DNA of 64,000 bases from Minisyncoccia bacterium (GCA_039809245.1 JBDHUP010000001.1:100137-164136), one strand, 5' to 3'; shown: positions 19,591-28,539, counted from the first letter of the stretch. Numbers and translations are program-made. Notes: generated by a model not told the origin, from the letters alone.

Positions 19591-20777
19591 TTATTCCAAA
19601 GGTCCCAAATCATACCAGCTATATTTCGTGGTTTTCCTTCTAAAGCATAATAATGTAAATCTATGAATGGCAGTGTATTACATTCTATTATTCCCCACCT
19701 CTGAGTACCTTGATCTTTTGTTGGATCTGGAATAATACAATCAAATCCAACAACCGAAAGTCCTACAACATTAGCTGCTTTTTCTAAGATTGGAATAAAG
19801 CTTGGATGTAGATCATCTATCATTTCTTTTGTTGTTCCTCCAAATAACCTTCCTATCCTATGAGATAGAGTGAGCAAGAATCCATCGGGTAAAATATCAT
19901 CGATTTTAAATCCAAATTTTGAAATGTGATTATATAATTCATCTCCTAAGCGTATAGCTTCAACTCTATCATTACGCAAAAAATCTTTCTCGTTTATTAA
20001 TTGTCTTATCGTTTTATTTCCATCACCAATCACAAACGGTGCTTGCCCTCTGTAAAAACCTGCTAATTTGCCCCCTACAACAGTTGCCCTACAAACATAT
20101 CCATACAAATTTTCTTCTACAACCAAGTGCGCAGATATTTGGCGTGCTATAGAAACTCCCTCTTTAAATTGTTCGAGTGTTTTTATATTAGTAATTGTAT
20201 GTCTAGCTCGAGAACCAATTTTTGGTTTTACTATAACAGGAGTTTTGAATTTTGAAAAAATACTACTCAAACTTTTGAATCTAATAAGGGGAATAAGTGC
20301 ATATTCAGGTACTGGTATGTCGTATTTTGACAATTCTTTCTTTAAAAGAATTTTATTATCCCAATCTTTTCTAAAGTCTAAAAACTCAGGTTGTATAGGT
20401 ATACTTTCAAAATAGATTGTTTTATTTTTTATTTTCGCTCTATACCAATCCAAGGGTTTCTTCCTTAAAATAATTTGGTCCATTTCTATTCCTCTTTTCC
20501 TTGCTTCATCCCATATTACACGAGATCTAAAAGAACTAGCTTTATCAATATCTGAAGAGAAACTTGCTAATCTAAAGACAATAAGTGCCTTAAAAAGAAA
20601 AGTAGGTATCCAACTTGCAAAATCTTTCAGAAACTTTGGTGCATAATTAGTAACTCTCACCATATGGGAATCACTAATTGATGACACGAAGTTTTCCACA
20701 AAAAAAACCTTGTGATTAACCTGAGCATCTCCACAGTAAGAGCATCTTCCGTTTTTTATAATAGTTGGTTCCAACAT
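19587..20777 (-). CDS. ATP-grasp ligase, cyanophycin-synthetase/GshAB-like
   Basis: PVIVKP, VIGDG..TI..LI, GFDCI, IIECNTLP; N-terminal CxxC. Confidence 0.7.
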   Translation of the reverse strand: MLEPTIIKNGRCSYCGDAQVNHKVFFVENFVSSISDSHMVRVTNYAPKFLKDFASWIPTFLFKALIVFRLASFSSDIDKASSFRSRVIWDEARKRGIEMDQIILRKKPLDWYRAKIKNKTIYFESIPIQPEFLDFRKDWDNKILLKKELSKYDIPVPEYALIPLIRFKSLSSIFSKFKTPVIVKPKIGSRARHTITNIKTLEQFKEGVSIARQISAHLVVEENLYGYVCRATVVGGKLAGFYRGQAPFVIGDGNKTIRQLINEKDFLRNDRVEAIRLGDELYNHISKFGFKIDDILPDGFLLTLSHRIGRLFGGTTKEMIDDLHPSFIPILEKAANVVGLSVVGFDCIIPDPTKDQGTQRWGIIECNTLPFIDLHYYALEGKPRNIAGMIWDLWNN

Positions 20778-20795
20778 TGTACATTTAGTATTATA

Positions 20796-20827
20796 CACAA
20801 AGAGACAGCAATTGCTGTCTCTTTGTG
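20796..20827. terminator. Perfect 32-nt palindrome/terminator
   Basis: CACAAAGAGACAGCAATTGCTGTCTCTTTGTG. Confidence 0.7.
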
Positions 20828-20944
20828 GGCGAAATAAATCGCTTTTAATGGTCTCCTTTTACCATAAAAATAATTCATATTATTACGGTTAATAAACGAC
20901 CCATCTGCATATTGTATCACAGTAAAAATTTAATGTTAAATACT

Positions 20945-21457
20945 TTAAGTTATTTTATCTATGGTAATTTCTGATTCTGGAGCTGTCTGCATATCAGGTT
21001 TTAGGTGTGAAGTATATTTCTTTTTAACCATATATCCTTCCAGAAATTTTTCAAATTCATTTTTACGAGATTCTTCATCAACTTCAGTGAAGTGTGATAT
21101 TGGCTTACTCTCAGGAGTGTATTCATAATGACCACGTAATTCCCCGTCAGAAAATACTCTTATATGATACTGATGGTCAAAATCAACTAGCTTCCTCCAC
21201 GAAAGAACCTGACCGCTATCTACCCAAGCAATAAAATGATTACCAAAACCCCATTTAGTATGTAAATGATTTTCTAAATCTTTTAGTGTCTTACCAGGAG
21301 CAAGCCATCCTATGTGGAAATGTTGTCTTTTTTTATCATGCCAAACTATTCTCCATTCTATTAAATGTTTCTGCCACCAAGGGAATATTTTATATAAAGA
21401 ATGCCAAATGGCATTCTTTATCTTCTGGCTTCTTGTTAACTGTATCGTTTTCTTCAT
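20945..21457 (-). CDS. Hypothetical protein
   Basis: 170-aa ORF, QYHIRVF.DGE.RGHYE pattern; function unknown. Confidence 0.7.
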   Translation of the reverse strand: MKKTIQLTRSQKIKNAIWHSLYKIFPWWQKHLIEWRIVWHDKKRQHFHIGWLAPGKTLKDLENHLHTKWGFGNHFIAWVDSGQVLSWRKLVDFDHQYHIRVFSDGELRGHYEYTPESKPISHFTEVDEESRKNEFEKFLEGYMVKKKYTSHLKPDMQTAPESEITIDKIT

Positions 21458-21652
21458 ATTATAGGCATATAATACAGTTTATTTACTATTTATCAAATTT
21501 ATTTGGGCTGTATTAGGCTTTCTGCTTGCGCATCAACTGTATACGCGGTCACAAGGATTTCTAAACGTTTAGAAAAAAAGAAGAAAATACCGATATTTGC
21601 GATTATAATAAGAGATATTAGGACCCAGTATTTTCTAAATTTAAATGTCATA

Positions 21653-22099
21653 TTATTTTTTATATGGTACGGGGTGTAGATTTGCTGCAATACCAAAAGC
21701 TGCTGCGATTAATGCTAAATTTTTAATAATATACTGGCCCTCAAGTGTAGGTGTTAAGAATCCAGACCATGTCTCTCCTTTTAGTAAAAATAGTGGCATA
21801 AAAGTTGTGATCATATGCATAAGAAGTAGTGGAATAACAACTCTCTCTGCCCCCTTTATTAAGAATAACACACCTATCAACATTTCGAGTAACCCAAATA
21901 AAATAATAAATGCTGAGAAGGACATCCAGGGTATAGTGGTTTCAAAAAGTCTCTGTACGACACCACTTGCAGGTGAAAGACCTATAACCTTAAGAACCCC
22001 AAACCAGAAAAATATAACAAATAACCCAAAACGAGCAACAGGCACGGATATCTTTCTAAAAAAATGTATTACTTCTATATCAGTTTTTCTAAAGTTCAT
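21653..22099 (-). CDS. DoxX/YkgB-like membrane protein
   Basis: R.GL..IFFWFG.LK, EGQYIIKNL. Confidence 0.75.
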   Translation of the reverse strand: MNFRKTDIEVIHFFRKISVPVARFGLFVIFFWFGVLKVIGLSPASGVVQRLFETTIPWMSFSAFIILFGLLEMLIGVLFLIKGAERVVIPLLLMHMITTFMPLFLLKGETWSGFLTPTLEGQYIIKNLALIAAAFGIAANLHPVPYKK

Positions 22100-22113
22100 A
22101 CTTCGGTTAAGTT

Positions 22114-22398
22114 TTAATTTAAAGTTGAATTATTTATAGGTAGTTCTTTGGTTGAATTCTGTAATTTTTGAATCTCTTCTTTAGATAAAGGTTTACTATT
22201 TTTTGAAGTAAAATTGTATATTGATACAGCCATAAATATTACTATGATTACAAGTAATATGTTTGAGGCTTGTTTTTCAGTTTTTACTCGACCACCAGAG
22301 AGCTTCATAACCAAACTTACTGCCCATGACTTTTTAGGAGCGGAAGTTTGGACCTTAAAAGGTTTATATGTTTCAGCTTCAAATTCAATATTTTCCAT
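22114..22398 (-). CDS. Small single-TM protein (paralog of 22938-23201)
   Basis: MENIEF...LVMKLSGG...ASNILLV; TATAAT 6 nt upstream of ATG. Confidence 0.65.
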   Translation of the reverse strand: MENIEFEAETYKPFKVQTSAPKKSWAVSLVMKLSGGRVKTEKQASNILLVIIVIFMAVSIYNFTSKNSKPLSKEEIQKLQNSTKELPINNSTLN

Positions 22399-22447
22399 AC
22401 ACTTATTATAACAGTAATTAAAATAATAATAAAATACAACTATGGGA

Positions 22448-22936
22448 TTAATTTCCATCTAAATAATTCAGATTTGGGTTCCCCCATCCATCATAAGTTG
22501 TATTAGAAGTAACTTCAAGACGCATCCCAAATATATAATCAGTATTATTACCAGTAAAAATGAATGAACTTGTTCCAGTTTTGCGATACCCTCTTGCATA
22601 ATAGTATGCATAACCGTTGTTATTTAAGGGATCATTCTTTATCTGTGGGATGTATGTAGGCACAATTCCAAGGGTATTTATTGGACTCAAAGCTCCAGAT
22701 CCCGTTGAATCACAAAGATCATCTCCTGAGCAAGTCGGGTAATAGTTATAAGTGTTTAAATATAACTCTAATGCTGTTTTAATCTGTCTTAAATCAGAAT
22801 ATCTAACCGCATCTCTGGCTTTTGACTTTGCAGTGCTAAGAGAAGCAAAAATAACACTAGACAAAATACTTATAATAGATATTACAACGAGTAGTTCTAT
22901 GAGGGTGAAGCCTTTTTGTGTATTTTTACTTCTCAT
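22448..22936 (-). CDS. Type IV pilin / GspG-like pseudopilin
   Basis: KGFTLIELLVVISIISIL, KARD..R.SDL.QI..ALELY....YP. Confidence 0.88.
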   Translation of the reverse strand: MRSKNTQKGFTLIELLVVISIISILSSVIFASLSTAKSKARDAVRYSDLRQIKTALELYLNTYNYYPTCSGDDLCDSTGSGALSPINTLGIVPTYIPQIKNDPLNNNGYAYYYARGYRKTGTSSFIFTGNNTDYIFGMRLEVTSNTTYDGWGNPNLNYLDGN

Positions 22937-22937
22937 A

Positions 22938-23201
22938 TTAATTACGATGTGATTGCATTTGCATTAAAATTGTATTTCTATCTAAAATAACAGGTTTTAG
23001 ATCAGTCTTTGAACTTCCTGGAAATATAAACAAGAACACAGATACGACAATCAGTGTAAATGATAGAACTAGTAATATATAGTTTGCTTTCATCGGATCT
23101 GAAATACCCAATTTCATTACAAGCCTAATCATAGTGGGCTGTCTTTCTTCTGTATATATTCTTTGAGGAGAAGCGTCATTATTAAATTCAATTCCTTCCA
23201 T
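22938..23201 (-). CDS. Small single-TM protein (paralog of 22114-22398)
   Basis: MEGIEF...LVMKLG...ANYILLV; TATACT upstream. Confidence 0.65.
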   Translation of the reverse strand: MEGIEFNNDASPQRIYTEERQPTMIRLVMKLGISDPMKANYILLVLSFTLIVVSVFLFIFPGSSKTDLKPVILDRNTILMQMQSHRN

Positions 23202-23245
23202 ATTTAAATAGTATAACAAAACTTTAAAATAAGATATACAAATAT

Positions 23246-23278
23246 AAAATAACTACTATTTTAATAGTAGTTATTTTT
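23246..23278 (-). terminator. Hairpin terminator
   Basis: AAAATAACTACTATT/AATAGTAGTTATTTT inverted repeat. Confidence 0.55.
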
Positions 23279-23286
23279 GTGAAAAT

Positions 23287-23445
23287 CTATATCCAGTGAG
23301 CTAGATATGCAATAAACAAACCGAGTGAGATAAGCCCTAGTATTGCATGAATCCTAAAAAGAATTGCAATAATTAAAACTGCAATTATTGATTTCATCCA
23401 ACCTAACACTAATATTGAGGCCCATAGTACCTGCAAGAATGCCAT
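23287..23445 (-). CDS. Unannotated 52-aa hydrophobic membrane protein
   Basis: Manual translation MAFLQVLWASILVLGWMKSIIAVLIIAILFRIHAILGLISLGLFIAYLAHWI; TATAAT 8 nt upstream, terminator downstream. Confidence 0.65.
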   Translation of the reverse strand: MAFLQVLWASILVLGWMKSIIAVLIIAILFRIHAILGLISLGLFIAYLAHWI

Positions 23446-23535
23446 ATAAGATTATTATATATTTAGTATAGTTAATAGTCAAAATTTCTAATACCAAAGT
23501 TTAGATGTTATAATTTGTATACTAAAATCATATCA

Positions 23536-24150
23536 ATGAACTTAACTGTACACATATTTCTACCGTATCTACTTCTCTATAAATATTGGGCTATATTCGG
23601 AATAACACTCATAGCAGCACTTGCTCTACCTATACCTCCAGGAGCACTTTTAATGGCTTCTGCCGCATTTGCTAGTCAAGGATATTTTTCCTTTCCTTTA
23701 GTTGTTATAGTTGGAATACTCGGTAATATCGCTGGTGATAATATTGGATATTGGATAGCCAGAAAATACGGTAAAAGGGTTTTATATAAAATGGGTTTTC
23801 GTAGAAAAATTGAATCTCAAAAATACAGAAACATAGAAACCCGTATTAAGCGACACCCAGGCGCTTTAATATTCTTTAGTAGATTCGAAGTTTTTTCAAA
23901 CTTAGCGGTTAACCTTATTTGTGGTTTAAGTAGATTAAATTATAGAAAATATTTATTTTTTGAAATAATTGGAGAAGCTCTACAGGTTTTTATATACTGC
24001 TCTATAGGTTACCTAGTTGGTGATAATTGGGTAACTATTAGTGGAATTATTACTAAATTCCTAATCTTTATAATTCTAGTAGCATCACTTTTGATAATAA
24101 TATATGGTAAAAAAATCTGGCGCTATATAACCAGAGATATTAAAAATTAA
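23536..24150 (+). CDS. DedA family membrane protein
   Basis: LPIPPG, GNIAGDNIGYWIAR.YG, FFSRF. Confidence 0.9.
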   Translation: MNLTVHIFLPYLLLYKYWAIFGITLIAALALPIPPGALLMASAAFASQGYFSFPLVVIVGILGNIAGDNIGYWIARKYGKRVLYKMGFRRKIESQKYRNIETRIKRHPGALIFFSRFEVFSNLAVNLICGLSRLNYRKYLFFEIIGEALQVFIYCSIGYLVGDNWVTISGIITKFLIFIILVASLLIIIYGKKIWRYITRDIKN

Positions 24151-24154
24151 TTTG

Positions 24155-24240
24155 CGGAGGCGGTGAGATTCGAACTCACGGTCCTTTAAAGGGACGACGG
24201 TTTAGTAAACCGTTGATTTAAACCACTCATCCACGCCTCC
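24155..24240 (-). tRNA. tRNA-Ser(ACT), rare anticodon
   Basis: GGAGGCG/CGCCTCC-G73, long variable arm, ACGGT-TTACTAA-ACCGT anticodon arm. Confidence 0.88.
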
Positions 24241-24376
24241 ATCGTTTCACTCAGTCGGCGTGTCTTCGTGTCCTCCCGGACCCTTCCCTCAAACGGTTCT
24301 CTGCACATCGCTTGTCGGCCTATCGACCGAACGGATGAAATATAAAGCAGTTTATATTTCATATCCACGCCTCCAT
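24229..24376. mobile_element. 120-nt GC-rich structured insert flanked by 14-bp direct repeats of the tRNA-Ser 5' end
   Basis: ATCCACGCCTCCAT at 24229-24242 and 24363-24376; internal hairpins. Confidence 0.6.
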
Positions 24377-24440
24377 ATTAGTGTTTGTCTAGCATAGCAA
24401 ATAGTCTGGTCTTTTTCCAGAGGTAAGGTAAACTAGGTAG

Positions 24441-25589
24441 ATGAACGACGATATATATAAAAAATCATTGGAACTCCATAGTAAACATCATGGTAAATTA
24501 GAAACGGTAAGTAAGATTAAATTAGACTCTAAGGAAGCTTTATCTCTTGCTTATAGTCCTGGAGTAGCGGAAGTTTCAAGAGAAATATTTCGTGATCCAT
24601 TTCTTGCTCGAGAATATACTCTTAAGAGAGACACAGTAGCTATAGTTAGTGACGGTTCAGCAATACTAGGTCTTGGTAATTTAGGAGCACTCGCTGCGAT
24701 TCCAGTGATGGAAGGTAAGGCTGCAATCTTTAAAGAGTTCGCGGGTTTAAATGCCTTCCCTATTTGTCTTGATACACAAGATACCGAAGAAATAATAAAA
24801 GCAGTAAAACAAATCGCTCCAGTTTTCGGAGGAATTAACTTAGAAGATATCTCTGGGCCAAAATGCTTCGAAATAGAATCAAGGTTAAGAAATGAATTAA
24901 CTATACCAGTAATGCACGATGATCAGTGGGGAGCAGCAACTGTTATACTTGCTGGAATTATTAATTCTCTAAAACTAAGCGGTAAATCAAAAGAAGGTGT
25001 TCGAGTAGTATTAAGTGGGATTGGAGCAGCAGGCGTAGCTACCGCTAGATTGCTTTTTATTTATGGAATAAAAAATATAATATTTTGTGACAGTAAAGGT
25101 ATTGTTTATCATGGACGCGAAGGTATAACAAAAGAGAAAAAAGAACTTCTTGATGGAAGTCTTATCGACGGTTGGCAAGGTTCTCTTCTAGATGCAATTA
25201 AGAACGCTGATATATTCATAGGATTATCAAAAGGTGGAACACTTACAAAAGATATGGTCTCATCTATGGCCGAGAAGCCTATAATATTTGCTCTTGCAAA
25301 TCCAACACCAGAAATTATGCCAGACGAAGCAAAGGAAGCAGGAGCTTACATTGTCGCCACTGGCCGCAGCGACTTTCCAAACCAAGTAAACAACTCATTA
25401 GTATTCCCTGGGGCATTTAAAGGGATGCTTGAGGCTAATATCCCTCAATTTAAAATAGATATGTTCTCTGGTATAGCAGAAGCTTTAGCGAACTATGTTA
25501 TAGACCTATCTACAGATAAAATACTGCCAACAATGTTCGATACTGGAGTTGTAGAAATAGTTTCTAAAACAATCCAAAAATATAAATAA
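24441..25589 (+). CDS. NAD(P)-dependent malic enzyme
   Basis: SLAYSPGVA, DGSAILGLGNLG, MEGKA, NLEDI, HDDQ.G, ATGRSDFPNQVNN. Confidence 0.95.
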   Translation: MNDDIYKKSLELHSKHHGKLETVSKIKLDSKEALSLAYSPGVAEVSREIFRDPFLAREYTLKRDTVAIVSDGSAILGLGNLGALAAIPVMEGKAAIFKEFAGLNAFPICLDTQDTEEIIKAVKQIAPVFGGINLEDISGPKCFEIESRLRNELTIPVMHDDQWGAATVILAGIINSLKLSGKSKEGVRVVLSGIGAAGVATARLLFIYGIKNIIFCDSKGIVYHGREGITKEKKELLDGSLIDGWQGSLLDAIKNADIFIGLSKGGTLTKDMVSSMAEKPIIFALANPTPEIMPDEAKEAGAYIVATGRSDFPNQVNNSLVFPGAFKGMLEANIPQFKIDMFSGIAEALANYVIDLSTDKILPTMFDTGVVEIVSKTIQKYK

Positions 25590-25630
25590 AACTTTTTGAG
25601 TAAAAGACTCAAATATGATAAGGTATCTAC

Positions 25631-25717
25631 GGAGACGTGTCAGAGTGGTCTAACGTACCTCCTTGCTAAGGAGGCAGGCTTTAATCGGCCTCGAGAGTTC
25701 GAATCTCTCCGTCTCCG
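25631..25717 (+). tRNA. tRNA-Ser(GCT)
   Basis: GGAGACG/CGTCTCC-G, CCTCC-TTGCTAA-GGAGG, long variable arm. Confidence 0.93.
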
Positions 25718-25770
25718 CACATAAAAAATAAAAGCTTAGTGGGTAACTAAGCTTTTATTTTTTATGTGCG
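25716..25770. terminator. 25-bp perfect inverted repeat, bidirectional terminator
   Basis: 25716-25740 / 25746-25770; overlaps tRNA 3' end and the arsR stop. Confidence 0.8.
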
Positions 25771-26057
25771 AGTTTATGTAAAATGCGACAAGGTTCAACT
25801 ATACGAGGATCTATAATATTATAGTAACCATTTAAACCCTTACGATGAACAGTTACAAGTTTAGCATGGCGAAGCAAGGCTAAATGCTGAGAAACATTCG
25901 CTTTTGAAATACCTAGAGTTTTAACAAGGTCTTCAACTGGCATTTCTTGTTCACGTAATAGGTTTAATATTTCTAAACGTTTTGGATTAGAAAGAATCTT
26001 ATATATTTCAGCATTTCTCTGATATGCAATTCGTGGTAGAGGTTGTTTAATCTTCAT
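25755..26057 (-). CDS. ArsR/SmtB family transcriptional regulator
   Basis: YKILSNPKRLEIL, SKANVSQHL..LR, one Cys; own promoter TTGCTT-17-CATACT (26067-26095). Confidence 0.9.
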   Translation of the reverse strand: MKIKQPLPRIAYQRNAEIYKILSNPKRLEILNLLREQEMPVEDLVKTLGISKANVSQHLALLRHAKLVTVHRKGLNGYYNIIDPRIVEPCRILHKLAHKK

Positions 26058-26076
26058 AGTTTCTAAAGTATGCAAC
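26057..26076 (-). promoter_or_regulatory. Putative ArsR operator, copy 1 (GTTGCATACTTTAGAAACTA)
   Basis: 18/20 identical to 31994-32013; overlaps arsR -10 and start. Confidence 0.6.
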
Positions 26077-26100
26077 AATTAAACTTAAAAAGCAACCGAG

Positions 26101-28047
26101 CTATAACTTAATAAAATAAGATAAAATTATAACAATAAAAGCAAGTAAAGATGATAATGCAATAACATTATCTATATGGAAATTACTCGATATAGCAGCT
26201 GCTGGTAAATTCGCGAGCTCTGTGTTACCTATGCTTTTTTCTGGTTTATCTAAATTAACTGTATTTGATGATGCTAAATTTTTAGTATTTTTTGGTTTAT
26301 TTATTTTGGTTTCAATAATCGATTTATTTACTTCGACAGGAGTTTCAGTTAAATCGTTATTAACCTTTTCAATAGTTTCCACTTTGGGTTCTATAGCATT
26401 AGATGTTTCTTCTACTTTTTTAGATATTGTTGATTTTCCAACATGGTGAAAAACTAGGGGCCATGGCTTCTCAAGTGACCCTAAGATAGCATAGCTGGTA
26501 GCCCAAATTCTATTTGAGATTGATTCGTTTTCATCAAGTAAGCCGCTGTCTTGCATTTGGTTATTAGCTAAGTAATCAATTGTATTATTATTTACTGATA
26601 AACCTAAAGCACCTACGGACTGCAATACCCAACTAGTCGAGTAGACACTCCCCCAACCTCCAGTAACATTCTCTGTTGTCTTAATATATGAGCTAGCTAA
26701 ATCTAAAGATTGTGAAACATAAGTCAGAGATCGGAATTGAGATAATGCTTCAATGCTAGCAGCTGTCATATCAACACTTTCTTCCCAAGAACCATCTGCT
26801 TTTTGTTTTGAAATAATATATTGTAAATCTTTTAAAATTATAAGGTCATCAATTGTATAACCAGAGCCCTCAAGAACAATAATCGCAAATATATCATCAT
26901 TAATGAGCGAGTCATCACCAAATTGTGCACCATCAAATGCATTTACTATCGGTGAAATAAAATCCTTATCATTAAATGAATATGGATTTTCGTTTAAAGA
27001 AAGAAGTGCCATAGCATGACGTTCGTTATCTGTAATATTTTTACTAATACCATAATTTGATTTAAAATAACTTATAATTTTTTCTTTTACTTCGGTTTGG
27101 TTTGTAACCGAACCCAAAGCAATACCAGCCCAGTCAGTATACATTTCATTATTTTCAAAAGATCCATTATTATCTTGGTGTGAAATAATAAAATTAACTG
27201 CTCCTTGTAAATCAAAAATTTTTTTATTTATAGATCCACCTCCTCCCCCACCTTGGTTTGATATTTTCTCAACTATAAGCTCCTCAGTCGGGAAATAAAA
27301 ATCTTCTTTGACCCCGACATTATAAGTACCTGGTTCAATTTTTGTAAAAGTAGCTTGACCACTTTGATCTACCTTCTCTGTTTTTATTTCGATTGGATTC
27401 CAAGGATCATCGGGGTTATTTTGGGTTATACCTATTGTCACATCGTCCCTATCGAGCCATTGATTATTTTGATAATCATATTTATATGAAGTGACTGTTA
27501 AACTATCTTCGGTTGTTACTTTTTTTGAACTAAGAGAGATTTTATATTGTTGACCAAAATAAACATAGATATTTTCACCCCCAGATAATATACTTTTATC
27601 CATACCTACACTTCCGTACGCATTATCGACTGCAAATTGCCAATTGTCACATTGCTCAACCGACTTAGAAATATTGTTTATACATTTTATATACAGAGAA
27701 TCAAAAGATGTATAGTATTCTAAGTCTGAAATACTAAAATTTTGACTCTCTTCTGCTACTTTATTTATAACCGCAAGAATGCTTCTATTATCGACACTGT
27801 GTAAAACACCATCTTTATCGGTCAAATCTATATTTTTCTCTTCATCTAGAGTGACATCTCCAGAAAAAATAATATCTTCCCCATCTCTAATCGATAATTT
27901 TACAGTCTGTAAAATCACAGGTTCCTCTTCTGTTAAAGATATTTCAGGTGCGATAGTATCAATGGGTAGAACTTCGTCTTCAGCATGAATAACAAAAAAC
28001 GGTATGACTATAAGAAGAATGTATGTGAGGAGTTTAATTGGTTTCAT
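26101..28047 (-). CDS. Surface-anchored protein: DUF4430 (transcobalamin beta-like) + Ig-like + alpha/alpha barrel (prenyltransferase/squalene-cyclase repeats); putative B12-binding
   Basis: Signal peptide; WQFAVDN...VGMD...L..GE.I (DUF4430-like); GGGGGG linker; QDNNGSF, QKADGSW, TGGWG repeats; C-terminal TM. Confidence 0.7.
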   Translation of the reverse strand: MKPIKLLTYILLIVIPFFVIHAEDEVLPIDTIAPEISLTEEEPVILQTVKLSIRDGEDIIFSGDVTLDEEKNIDLTDKDGVLHSVDNRSILAVINKVAEESQNFSISDLEYYTSFDSLYIKCINNISKSVEQCDNWQFAVDNAYGSVGMDKSILSGGENIYVYFGQQYKISLSSKKVTTEDSLTVTSYKYDYQNNQWLDRDDVTIGITQNNPDDPWNPIEIKTEKVDQSGQATFTKIEPGTYNVGVKEDFYFPTEELIVEKISNQGGGGGGSINKKIFDLQGAVNFIISHQDNNGSFENNEMYTDWAGIALGSVTNQTEVKEKIISYFKSNYGISKNITDNERHAMALLSLNENPYSFNDKDFISPIVNAFDGAQFGDDSLINDDIFAIIVLEGSGYTIDDLIILKDLQYIISKQKADGSWEESVDMTAASIEALSQFRSLTYVSQSLDLASSYIKTTENVTGGWGSVYSTSWVLQSVGALGLSVNNNTIDYLANNQMQDSGLLDENESISNRIWATSYAILGSLEKPWPLVFHHVGKSTISKKVEETSNAIEPKVETIEKVNNDLTETPVEVNKSIIETKINKPKNTKNLASSNTVNLDKPEKSIGNTELANLPAAAISSNFHIDNVIALSSLLAFIVIILSYFIKL

Positions 28048-28050
28048 ATA

Positions 28051-28527
28051 TTATTTTAATTTCCATTCTATTAAATCGTTATTTTTAGGAACGTAATTTG
28101 AAATACCAGTTGAAGTTTCTTTTTGATTTACATAATACATTAGATATTTCCCGTCTTTTTGATGTAAATCACCTATATCTGTTACAAAAAAACCTAATCC
28201 TTGATAATCTTTACCATTAAAATTTATGTCGCCATTTTTTTTAGCTAACTTTAATAGATCGTATAAAGTTTCTCCCTCTATTAATGGTATTCTCATTTCT
28301 ACACCATTAATTATCAAAAATATTGAACTATTCCCTTTGCTTGTATTAACTGCTATATCTTTACTTAAATTATTATCTAGAGAACTTGTCTTTACGGGTT
28401 GCTGTGTATTTTGAAATTCATCTTCTCTTGTACTTTCTTCACTAATAGATGCTATAAATACAAGTGCTGTTATAAAAATAAAGACGCCAAGACCTATTAT
28501 GTATTTTTTATACAACTTTTTTTTCAT
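28051..28527 (-). CDS. Membrane-anchored DUF4430 (transcobalamin C-terminal-like) protein
   Basis: GETLYDLL, GLGFFVTDIG, YLMYYVN....GIS.Y......IEW. Confidence 0.8.
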   Translation of the reverse strand: MKKKLYKKYIIGLGVFIFITALVFIASISEESTREDEFQNTQQPVKTSSLDNNLSKDIAVNTSKGNSSIFLIINGVEMRIPLIEGETLYDLLKLAKKNGDINFNGKDYQGLGFFVTDIGDLHQKDGKYLMYYVNQKETSTGISNYVPKNNDLIEWKLK

Positions 28528-28539
28528 ATATTTTATTTA

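Noticed and set aside
24155-24240. AGA reassignment to Ser through tRNA-Ser(ACT)
   Set aside because: AGA encodes conserved Arg residues in L20, so there is no wholesale recoding.
24186-24368. 60-aa ORF over tRNA-Ser and its insert
   Set aside because: Overlaps a clear tRNA and a repeat element; no protein features.
26101-28047. Squalene-hopene cyclase/prenyltransferase enzyme call
   Set aside because: Exported and membrane-anchored, single barrel, no DXDD in the expected catalytic context that I could confirm; the B12 gene context fits a binding protein better.
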